NCBI GenBank assembly: GCA_000320545.1
Contig: ADNK01002519.1
Coordinates: 254,430 to 318,429, forward strand
DNA length: 64,000 bases
From: Bigelowiella natans CCMP2755
Taxonomy: Eukaryota; Protista; Cercozoa
Reading direction: 5' to 3'
Part shown: in pieces, positions 11,854 to 21,474 of the stretch
Layout: each line of letters starts with the position of its first letter
How positions within the stretch are numbered: the first letter of the stretch is position 1
Position numbers and translations under genes: made by a program
Notes under the pieces: generated by a model
Told to the model about the DNA's origin: nothing
Databases searched by the model: none
The model's input: the letters and a program-made list of their open reading frames with translations, nothing else

Positions 11854-13548
11854 GTTGCTTTAAAGGAGAGAGAGAGGATACACGGAATCTATCACCGCAC
11901 GAATACAAAACACATTAAATATCTTCCAAATTGTAGTTTTGTTATGTTTACATACTTGTACGTGTACACACCATGTTTATTTAAGAAATGTATAAAATTG
12001 CAGTCCAAATCGGCAATTTCGGCACGGGCTCCTGAATACAATGGCGACAATTTATGAACGGTAGGAGGAATGCTATACTACATAATGATCGCAATCCCTT
12101 CATTCAAGGACATCAATACTTTACTGATAATGTAGGAACTTCCCATGTAATTCTTTGCTTCAAGCTTTCTGTTGTGTCTCTGTTGTCTGTAGCGCGATCT
12201 GCATAACAACATTTTCAACGATGCTTTTGGCCTACATAGAACCTAAATTGAAACCTTCTTTCTCCTCATATATATCAGAGAAGGGATTGCAAGAGGGTTT
12301 TATTCAGGAGTCATTCCAACGGTAAGTACAGCATTTCATTACGACATGTTATAACTCGCGCTACTCGCATTCACAGACAAATACAAGGCGGTTAGCGCTA
12401 CGACACGATCTAATAGGATTTATCGATGTTCGTAGCAGCTTTTATTTATTTTATGTTTAATCTCTATATCCTTCTTTCTTCAGATCATGAAGGCAGCTGT
12501 AAACAACTGCATTCGATTCGTGGTTACTATATACTTGAATAACTTGACGAAAACAAACATTCTCAATAGGACAAATGATAAAACCGACTATCCCCTGCAT
12601 ATCCCCCCCCCCCCCGGCCTCTTTGGTTTTGTGATATTGTGATACAGACCTATGAACAATTCTGCGCTATCACGAGCTCTCTTCGTCGGTAGTCTTATTG
12701 CTATCCTAACATCATTTCCCTAAGAATCAGCGCATCTGAAGTGAATGACGTACATCGATGTTCAGGGAAGAAGAGATAACAGTGTCCACAAGTCTCTTTG
12801 CAGGCTCCATGGCCGGGCTGATATCGGTGCGGAAACGGGAACTTTAATATACTAAATAGTGCGAGAAGAATACTGCTAATAATGCAAGAGATTGTTTCAT
12901 ATGATATATCGGTCAGGCGTTGGTGACGCAGCCCATCGACACAGTCAAAACGAATATGCAGGTTAGTATTTCTCTCAAGGAAGAAGAAAAAGGAGGAGGA
13001 GGAGGAGGAGGAGGAGGAGATGATGATAATAAAAAATAGGACAAAGAACATGAGTGTATAAAGCGTCTTCGTTTCCTTCAATACTGTAGCTAGATGCCTG
13101 AACAACTATTTGAACAACTCTAGTCGTTAAGTGCCAGCAAGCACCGTCGAAGCCTCTTCGGCTGTGCAAAGGTGAATCATCATTGGGAGCCAAGTTTTTT
13201 TCAAGCAATAATATTAATGATACATTGATCTTCAGTATACAATCAAACGTGTGGGGCTGCCATGGTTGATCTTGTTGTTACTGTTGTTATTACGTCATCT
13301 CCTTCTCGTGCAGGAGGTGTACCTTAATGGTGGGCTAACTGGCTTTTACCGAGGAATCGGGGCTCGTCTGGTGCGAGTGTGCTCCGAACAAGTAAGAGTG
13401 TTCATTCTCTGTGTGCTCTCTATTTGATTTAAGCTGAAAGACAGAAGAGGTTAACGCGTAGACGCGATGCATGTTACAGGCGATACTATTCACTCTGTTT
13501 TATCGATTTGGTCGATGGCTAGATCAGACTCTTACTTGGAAGGAGTAG
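10095..13548 (+). CDS. Mitochondrial carrier (SLC25), most like the citrate/tricarboxylate carrier; multi-exon
   Basis: Exons give AGACEICITYPFEYSK (Px[DE]xxK), EGIARGFYSGVIPT, MKAAVNNCIRF, QPIDTVK, GFYRGIGARLVRV and a terminal AILFTLFYRFGRWLDQTLTWKE*. Substrate assignment is by resemblance only. Confidence 0.85.
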
Positions 13549-14250
13549 AGCTGTAGATACGTGGTCCCTATAACTTTCGGACAGATTGTGCACCTACTAC
13601 ACACACACACACACACACGCTACAGCGTGAGGGTCCTCATAGAATTTTTGTTGTGAATTAGTTTTCTTTAATTTATACCTGAACGGTAACAACGACAGTA
13701 ATTAGGGGAGTCATCTGGAAATGAAATAAACATTTGATGTACATGCATACGTTATTGATCAAGACGTATCAGCGATAGCTTGGAGGTCGCTGCAACACCA
13801 AAATGTTCATGTCTACATTTGGGACGTAACGTACGTTTCGACATCATTTATGTGCAGGCTGCATGAGCATGCTGAGGCATCAGCATAGATGTTGAACATG
13901 CAACAAGACATGGCTGAGGGCAGAAATGTGACGCCACGTGGTTTGCTACGTACATACTGTCGTCGAAATGTGGGAGAAATGCAATGAGACATTTATACTA
14001 CATCTCAACATATTTGTTCAAGGAGCATCGCGCACATGCACGAGCAGTGCGCTCCACACGTTATATTCCGCATGCTCTCACATCATATATACACAGTGAT
14101 TTGTGTATTCATTCGAATGTTGCATAATTGAAATGACATGCATCGTAACTAAGTAATAGCAGCAGATGCATACTCAACATTATGTTTAAACACAACCACG
14201 CGAGTCCATTCCTATTGCTGATGGATAGTATCGTCTCTCATCGTCGAAAG

Positions 14251-15723
14251 CTACGAAGCAAAGTAATCTATGATACTGCCAAAGAGCAAGACAGTGCAGA
14301 TGTTTCTCATCTCATGGCCCCTTTGAACAAAATTGAGGACTAAAGAAAGCAAAGCGAGGGGTATCCGAACGTTTGAGAGAACGGGGAGAGCAGCCATCGT
14401 GCAGACTATCATAAGAAGCTGTTGCATCCCAAGCATATGTGTTTGAGACAATCTCTTGCGTTTGACGAGAGTTTGCAGGAAAAATTCCATCACATACGCA
14501 GTGTTCAATCCAAGCCAGTACCACTGAGAACAAAAGGGGAGAGTGGTGAGTACTATGCACCATTCGAGAGCATTGGCAAACTCCAGTTTATGATTTTCAT
14601 ATAAAATAAAGCTAATAACACCTTGAAATACTCCTGTGTAGCCAAACTTCGCACACCGACAATCCAATCTTTAAGGGCAATGCTAACGTTGAGGCCGTGC
14701 AGGAGGAAATGCTTGTAAAAAATGTACTGATATTTCTTGAGTCTAAAATACAATTACGCTGTCAGTTTTACGATTATAGCGTGTATATACGAGTTGTTTT
14801 GATATTACACAAGTAACAACAAAAAAATAATATGACCTATATAAGTGTGGGATTATCCAGTCTAGTGCACCAGCAGCGGCATTTGACGGTTTTTTGGCGG
14901 AAAGCTTTGCATAATTGTCCGAGAATCGATTGACAGGGAAATACGATCTCACCAACCATGGCAACGTGACGAGCAATGCAATGCTGATACGAGCTGCCTT
15001 CCCACTGATAGAAGGAGACATTGTCGAAACGCAGTTTTGAATCACCTCTGGAACAAGATGGATGTAGATAATCTGTGCAAGATTTAGTCCCTGTGGATGT
15101 AATAGAGAGGATGTTATCATTACCACAACAACGTTGGAGAAGTGTAGAATTTCTATCTAGTTATTATATCTTCAACCTGATAGAACGAGTGCTCAATCAT
15201 CTCGTCGTAAGTGACAGTAGCGTCCTCATCCAACGTGCCTGATGCCTCGTTCGTAACCCGTCTGTGGTGCTACGGGAGTAGGCCACGAAAACATCGCGCA
15301 AGTGCATATTTGTCGTCAAAAGATGGAAGTTCAAATAGAGAGGTAGCAGAAGAACAAACGTTTCAAAAAATTATAAGCAACAGCAAGCACAGCTGCACCA
15401 ACCGGAAATCCCCATGCGGCGCTTAAAGTTAGAAAGATCCCGGTGACGCCGAGCAGAACGTCAAATATGAAGCGTGGAAGAATATTTGAGTGTAGGTCTG
15501 CAAACCCGAACAGAAGTAACGCGAGATATATGGCACCTAGAACACGATGAGCACGCGCAAAGCGGGGCAGGAAAAGTCGGTAGGCCTGCAGAGCCAACAC
15601 TGAGAGGTCGGTGAAGAAAATGGTGAAGCCTATGGAAAGAAGCAGCGAGACGAGAGGCCAATAATGTTCGAAGAACCAGGAGATAGAAAGCGATGAGCCA
15701 GCTCCAGCGCCGAAGGGCGCCAT
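14251..15723 (-). CDS. Hypothetical multi-pass membrane protein (about 4 exons)
   Basis: ORF pieces join through GT-AG introns: ...AAWGFP|HHRRVTNEASGTLDEDATVTYDEMIEHSFYQ|GLNLAQIIYIH...YVMEFFLQTLVKRK. Several hydrophobic helices; no family recognised. Confidence 0.7.
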
Positions 15724-16093
15724 GATTCCTTCGGAACTCCTCAGGTTCCCAACAAGCAGCCCTGCTCCCGATTTGCCCTTCTGACACGTGACCTGATGAG
15801 TTCCTGCTATTCTCTCACATTTAATAGTAACGTCAGCTTATTTTGGTTGTCGCCCATGTAATTCGCCCCACTTCCACCATGTAAAAGTGGTTGGTATCTT
15901 CAAACAAATAGTAGTACGAACTGCCTCGTCCTTGCAGCCGTTGCTTTGACACATCTTCTTTCCTTCTTTTTTTAACTCTTTACATCTCCCAGCAGTTAGT
16001 AGTAGACTAGAAGATTCGTAGTTCTTCTGGCACATTTCGTCTGATCATCAATGCAAATTTCAGCCGTTCCCAAGCTAGCACAAGCTAGCAAGC

Positions 16094-16419
16094 TGTTGCG
16101 CGTAAGGTGTTCACAGGCCGAGGCGCTACGTGCACAAGTAGGCAGGGGGGGGGAAAGGCACGTTTGCTTCCTTTTGAAGAGTTGTGTTTATTTTTATTAA
16201 AGATTATATTTTTATTAAATCGTGCACTGCGTAATCATTCGCGAAGCTTTCGCGAATGCCGCCGCACGTGGGGCAGCACACTTCCGGTGTGCTGCCATGA
16301 GTCCCGCCGGAACCCACGTGCCTATGCTGTATTAATATCTACGTTATCTATATTCTATATCCGCGACAACCCCTTTGTTGTCGCACGTGACTTGTGCCCG
16401 CGTAGTGGTACGCGCTACA
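16094..16419 (-). repeat. 3' LTR (326 bp)
   Basis: Identical to 20434-20759; termini TGTTGCGCGTA...TACGCGCTACA form a 10/11 inverted repeat. Confidence 0.95.
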
Positions 16420-16427
16420 CCTCCCCC
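16420..16427 (-). promoter_or_regulatory. Polypurine tract
   Basis: GGGGGAGG immediately before the 3' LTR on the minus strand, preceded by a (GGAA)n purine run. Confidence 0.75.
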
Positions 16428-16641
16428 AAGTCACGTTGCTCCTTCCTTCCTTCCTTATTCCCTTAGACCTTCATCGCTTTCGGAACTTCACCAACCACCA
16501 GGTAATAGATTCCTTGATTTTCTTAGATGCACGGCTCTTGCTGGACTCCTTGGTGGCGACGCCTGCCGCCTTCAAGCTGGAGCACCTGCAGCCACGCACC
16601 CAGGACCTTATACCAGTGCTCAAAGGGTAAGTCGGGAACAG

Positions 16642-19600
16642 CTAGGTAGAGTAGCTGATATTTTTCTCTCCTACGTGTGCAGGTCCATGGGCGGTAAAGA
16701 GAAGGGCTCCCCTGGTCCGCCGTGGCACGTAGGTACGCCTAACATTATTAGTGTATACATATATCCTATCACTAAGTACCTCATGCTTGTGTTTGTATTT
16801 ATCCAGGTGTTCTTGAAGGTGCTGGAGCTCCTCTGGCTCAGGCAGGAAGTCGCCGTCCTCGAAGGTAATCGCGTTAACCATAGGGGTGACCTGGGTAGGG
16901 ACTTTCTTTTCGAACAGCCTGCTGAAATAGTCAGCAAGCTGCTTGTCTCCTGGTGCGTAGACCACTGTCCTCTTGTCCCTAAACTCTTCCGTGTCCGCCC
17001 TCATAGCTGCATACTCATCGTTAGGCGCTTCGAGCTTGCGGTCGATGCCTAGGAGGGGCTTGTGGTCAGTCATTAAGGTGAAGCTGGGCACCGACAGCAG
17101 GTAGTATCTTAGTTTCCTCTGCGCCTCAGTCATGGCTTTATACTCTCCTTTTGTAGGGCTGTACTTGGCCTCAGCTGCTGTGCAGGCCCTGCCCCACACC
17201 CGTATGATCTGCTGGTCTTGGGTAAGTACAGCAGCCATACCTAGCTTAGACCAGTCTGTCCATAGGGTAGCTGGTCTAGTAGTGTCTAGCTTAGCATTCA
17301 ATAGGGTGTTGCTGCATAACTTTATTAGGTTATCGAAGTGGGCATCAAGGCCAGCCTTGGCCCACACCTTAGCGAAGCTGAGGCCTACAGAGTTCTCCTT
17401 CCGGTAAGCAGTAGTAAAAGCAGCTGCAGTCCTAGCGTAGGTAGGGGAGAACCTACGTAGTATCCAAGCTGCAGTCTGCAAGAATGACTTTAACTCCTTT
17501 GCATTCTTAGGTTTAGGGGCTTGCTGTAGTGCTGCTACTTTCTCGGGGTTTGGGGTGATGCGGCCTTGCTCCAGGTAATATCCACACCACTTGATTCTTG
17601 TAGCTAGGAATGTACACTTCTGCAGTCTAATAGTAAAACCGAAGTGTGCAAACCTAATAAATATATTTTCCAGGAGGAAGATCTGAGCGACGACTGTGTT
17701 GGTACATATTATGTCATCATCCACATACACAAACACAAACACCCACAACACAGACGCCATCCCATCATGTGTGTATGCCCTGTAGTTCTGACTACTGAAC
17801 GCATCCCCTGATATGCTTAGGCCGTAAGGGAATACGACGAAGTGCCACTTCCTGTGCCTGCTGGAGAACGCGGTAATGGGGCGGGAGGTTTTGTGGATGG
17901 GTGTCTGCATGTATGATTCATTTTTATCTAGGGAAGAGTAGTATTTGTATCCTATGACGTGTTCAATAACGTCATCTATCCTTGGTGTAGGTGTCTGGAT
18001 CCTCTTTATTACTCGGTTGTGGCGGATGAAGTTGTGCGCCAGGCGGAAGAAAGGGTAAGTAGGTTTCTTAGCTAGCACATGTCTCACGTTCCATGGTGAG
18101 TTGCTTGGCTCTATCTTCCCTTCCTTTGCCCATTCATTGATCTGCCACTCTATCTTTTCCCAGTCCGCTTCCGGTCGCCTATGTTCTGGGTCATTGATGA
18201 TGCACTCTTCGTATCCCTTCTTTAGCTCGATCTTTACTGGGGTAAGCTTGCTGGAGGGCTTCGTCGTCGGCTTGGTGATGTCAGAGTACTTCTCGTTTAA
18301 TATTTTATTAATGTACTTTTTGCCTTTGTCGATATCCCAATCATCAGCTGGGGGGGTCTTGTCCAGTAGCTCCGTTATCTGTCGGATGGTCTTGCCGGGG
18401 TTCTTCTTCCGTAGCTCGGTAGGTGTAGGTAGCTTGTTGTCCGCTAGGTCCATAAACTCTAACGCATTAACGCTTGACTCAGAGGTCCACTCGTCAAGCC
18501 GTATCATGTTCTGGCTGATGGTCCTGCCTGACTTCTTTGGCAACTTAGCAAAGTATATCTTGTGATTGTAGAATGATATGATCCCCCCTAATTTTTCTAG
18601 GGCATCCTGTCCGAGGAGTAGTTCCATGGATAAAGTCATGGCTACTCGGGTCTTGATTTGGGTCTCCGCGTCGCTGCCAGGTATCTGTAGCTTTAGCATT
18701 AGCTCACCGACGGTCTTCATGGAAGAGCTTCCGTCTGCTTGAGCATATTTACGTTCTTTCTTAGTCACTTGATCCAATAGTCCTAACCTTCTTACTGTGC
18801 TTAGGCTTATGAAGGACTTCGGCATGCTGCCACTATCCCAAAGGGCAGGTAGTTTCTTGTAGTCTCCGTAGCTGTCTTTAACTTTAACCTTGGTCATAGC
18901 AACTTTGATAGTCCTGTTAGCGTCTTCGTCATTAATGTTGCATACTCCTAAGTTCTTTATGTCGTCTAGGGTCATGGGCTTGTCTTGGTCCTGCGTTGCT
19001 GGTACTGCTGTCTTCGTCGGCGCCTGCTTAAGGTGATCTAATATTCCGTTTATCTGCTGCTGTATAGCATTGATACTGTTCTGCTTTTTGTTCTTATATT
19101 TATTGTTCTTCCCGTTGTTGCTGCCTTGCCATTTGCTGTTGTTATATCCTTGTCCTCTGCCTTTCTTTCTCTTTAACTTCTCGTAGTGTTCGTTGAGCTG
19201 CCTGATCGTCATCCTGGGTCGTCCTTCTTTCCTGTCTCTGCAGTCTTTAGCGGTGTGTTTCCCTTTACGTGAGCAGTATCCGCAACGTCGGTTACCTTCC
19301 CTGTCCTTGTACCAGTCTCGCTGCGGCTTAATAGCGTTAATGTTTCCTATGCCAGGTACCTTAGGGCTGGTAAACTTGCGGTCCTGCTCCTGCTCGCGTA
19401 GGGATATAGCCTGCACTGCTGCCTCCATCGTGGTGTAGCCTTTCTCCGTAACGTAAGTGGATTCCTTTATCTTTAACTTGAACTCTTCAAACCTTGCCTG
19501 ATCATCACCTGTGTTGTAATTAAAATCATGTAGTTCGTCGATCATATCCTGGAAGCGCGTGGCAAAGTCTCTAACAGGTTCTCTCTCATGCTGCATCATT

Positions 19601-20391
19601 GCTCTGTATTTTCTAATAGCCTGGGGTAGGGAGTTAGCATCCTGTTCATTTACAAAAGCCTTCATTATCGCCTCAACGTCTCGTAGCCCACTAACTGTAG
19701 TGTGTATTTTCTCTAGCTGCCTGATCCGGGTCCTGCCTGTCTCGTAAAGGTCCATGGCTTGCTTTATTATAGCTAGCCATTTGAGCTTGTCGTTTTCGGT
19801 GGGGTTAGGGGTAAAGTCGCAGAGTATACTCCTAGCGTTCTTCCACCACCTCCTTGCCTCACCTCTTTTCCCGTTGTATTTCGTTATCATAACCGGTGCT
19901 GTTTTAACAGACATGAACTGGGTGTTCCGCTGTACCGGCTGCTGCTGCTTGACGGTGCTCTGGGTCGTCCCCCGCGAGGCGCCCAGACCCCCGTCGTTCC
20001 TAAACAAAGCTGCCCACTCTGGAGGTAAGTCTGCTTCGTAATCCATGATGTCCTGCATGATAGCTGCCCAAACATCATGTGTCTGATACTTGTATTCTAT
20101 CGATACTTTCAGTTTGGCGTAGTTGCTCGCCCTGGGTCGCAAGGCTCGTAATGCCATTACGACCTTCTTGCTTTCGGCGGCCACGTCCTCGTCGTCCGCC
20201 TCGTAGAAGTTCTCCAGTGCCTCTGCTGCTGCATCTGCTTTCTTAATCCCGGGTGCTGGTCCCGGCGGTGCCTGTGGAGGTGTTCCTCCTCCTTCCTTAG
20301 CGTCCGTATCGCCCTTCCTTTCCTGTTTCTGCTCGTGCCCTTGCACGGCCTGCGAGCCAAAGTCCTGCTGTTCTTCTAGCTGCTGTGACAT
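16642..20391 (-). CDS. Single-frame Gag-Pol polyprotein (Gag zinc knuckle, aspartic protease, reverse transcriptase, RNase H, first half of integrase zinc finger)
   Basis: CGYCSRKGKHTAKDC knuckle; LWDSGS and LLLGQDAL (protease); SPWN, LDKNESYMQ, FPYGL, YVDD (RT); TDWS, TDHKPL, ADYFSR (RNase H); YVP...AHGPAH then TAG. Confidence 0.93.
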   Translation of the reverse strand: MSQQLEEQQDFGSQAVQGHEQKQERKGDTDAKEGGGTPPQAPPGPAPGIKKADAAAEALENFYEADDEDVAAESKKVVMALRALRPRASNYAKLKVSIEYKYQTHDVWAAIMQDIMDYEADLPPEWAALFRNDGGLGASRGTTQSTVKQQQPVQRNTQFMSVKTAPVMITKYNGKRGEARRWWKNARSILCDFTPNPTENDKLKWLAIIKQAMDLYETGRTRIRQLEKIHTTVSGLRDVEAIMKAFVNEQDANSLPQAIRKYRAMMQHEREPVRDFATRFQDMIDELHDFNYNTGDDQARFEEFKLKIKESTYVTEKGYTTMEAAVQAISLREQEQDRKFTSPKVPGIGNINAIKPQRDWYKDREGNRRCGYCSRKGKHTAKDCRDRKEGRPRMTIRQLNEHYEKLKRKKGRGQGYNNSKWQGSNNGKNNKYKNKKQNSINAIQQQINGILDHLKQAPTKTAVPATQDQDKPMTLDDIKNLGVCNINDEDANRTIKVAMTKVKVKDSYGDYKKLPALWDSGSMPKSFISLSTVRRLGLLDQVTKKERKYAQADGSSSMKTVGELMLKLQIPGSDAETQIKTRVAMTLSMELLLGQDALEKLGGIISFYNHKIYFAKLPKKSGRTISQNMIRLDEWTSESSVNALEFMDLADNKLPTPTELRKKNPGKTIRQITELLDKTPPADDWDIDKGKKYINKILNEKYSDITKPTTKPSSKLTPVKIELKKGYEECIINDPEHRRPEADWEKIEWQINEWAKEGKIEPSNSPWNVRHVLAKKPTYPFFRLAHNFIRHNRVIKRIQTPTPRIDDVIEHVIGYKYYSSLDKNESYMQTPIHKTSRPITAFSSRHRKWHFVVFPYGLSISGDAFSSQNYRAYTHDGMASVLWVFVFVYVDDDIICTNTVVAQIFLLENIFIRFAHFGFTIRLQKCTFLATRIKWCGYYLEQGRITPNPEKVAALQQAPKPKNAKELKSFLQTAAWILRRFSPTYARTAAAFTTAYRKENSVGLSFAKVWAKAGLDAHFDNLIKLCSNTLLNAKLDTTRPATLWTDWSKLGMAAVLTQDQQIIRVWGRACTAAEAKYSPTKGEYKAMTEAQRKLRYYLLSVPSFTLMTDHKPLLGIDRKLEAPNDEYAAMRADTEEFRDKRTVVYAPGDKQLADYFSRLFEKKVPTQVTPMVNAITFEDGDFLPEPEELQHLQEHLDKYKHKHEVLSDRIYVYTNNVRRTYVPRRTRGALLFTAHGPAHVGEKNISYST

Positions 20392-20402
20392 TGTTAGTCA
20401 AA

Positions 20403-20425
20403 TCGTTTCCCGTGTGTGGAAGCCA
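20403..20425 (-). promoter_or_regulatory. Putative tRNA primer-binding site
   Basis: The plus strand reads TCGTTTCCCGTGTGTGGAAGCCA, resembling a tRNA T-arm/acceptor 3' end ending in CCA. It lies 8 nt from the 5' LTR. The tRNA identity is not established. Confidence 0.6.
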
Positions 20426-20433
20426 AAAAAGGT

Positions 20434-20759
20434 TGTTGCGCGTAAGGTGTTCACAGGCCGAGGCGCTACGTGCACAAGTAGGCAGGGGGGGGGAAAGGCA
20501 CGTTTGCTTCCTTTTGAAGAGTTGTGTTTATTTTTATTAAAGATTATATTTTTATTAAATCGTGCACTGCGTAATCATTCGCGAAGCTTTCGCGAATGCC
20601 GCCGCACGTGGGGCAGCACACTTCCGGTGTGCTGCCATGAGTCCCGCCGGAACCCACGTGCCTATGCTGTATTAATATCTACGTTATCTATATTCTATAT
20701 CCGCGACAACCCCTTTGTTGTCGCACGTGACTTGTGCCCGCGTAGTGGTACGCGCTACA
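20434..20759 (-). repeat. 5' LTR (326 bp)
   Basis: Identical to 16094-16419; on the minus strand it has a TATA-like AT tract followed by clustered AATAAA signals. Confidence 0.95.
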
Positions 20760-21474
20760 AAGCTAGCAAGCATGCAAGGGTTCATGGCCAATGCAGGATG
20801 AATGTTCACACGTTTGTGCATGTTTGTTCAAGTACACGCTCAGCCACCATTGCGCGCCACTCGGTATGCACTCGCAGAGCCTCGAACGCGCAGCATAGAT
20901 GCGTGGATGTCGACATGACGTGACAATGACAAAGCTAGAAAGACTAAAGGTGCCCAAAAATGAAAGCCTACACGTACGCACGCATCACATGTGCAGTCAT
21001 GTTGCACATGAGCATGGTCATGCTGTTGCACGTCTAGACGTTGCGATGCACATGTCGACCGCATGCGTGCAAAAATGCATGTGTACATGCGTACTAATCC
21101 TAGAATCTACTAGTCTAGCTATGGGGACCATGTTTCATGCATCATTGAATTAGACAAATTCTACTCGTGTAATATTAATCATTTTTGCAAGGCGGAAGAC
21201 CGCGAAAACACTGTGCACAGATGTGGAGCGCACACATAGGCTATTTTGGAATTCAGCAAGTCTGGGTGACACTCGATATTCGGGACTATTAATTTCTCCG
21301 CTGCTCTTAAGCGGCTCTAAGGGTATTTTTTTGGTGACTAACAGAGTTTAATTCGAAGGGTTCCAGCTACTAGAAATCGGAAACGCTTCTTGAATCTTTT
21401 CGGAGTGCGATTTAACCAAATTAGTTATACGGCGTGAAAGTAACATACGACGACGACGACGACGATGAGGAGCT

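Larger units (their letters stand above)
16094..20759 (-). mobile_element. Ty3/Gypsy-like LTR retrotransposon, recently inserted, integrase core absent
   Basis: Two direct repeats (16094-16419 and 20434-20759), TG...CA, identical by eye. TSD AAGC (16090-16093 and 20760-20763). PPT GGGGGAGG abuts the 3' LTR. PBS-like TGGCTTCCACACACGGG. Domain order PR-RT-RH-(IN). Confidence 0.95.

Noticed and set aside
16107-17052. Plus-strand ORFs starting in the LTR (also 20414-20923)
   Set aside because: They begin at GTG/TTG in duplicated LTR sequence or are antisense to pol; no recognisable env or accessory features.
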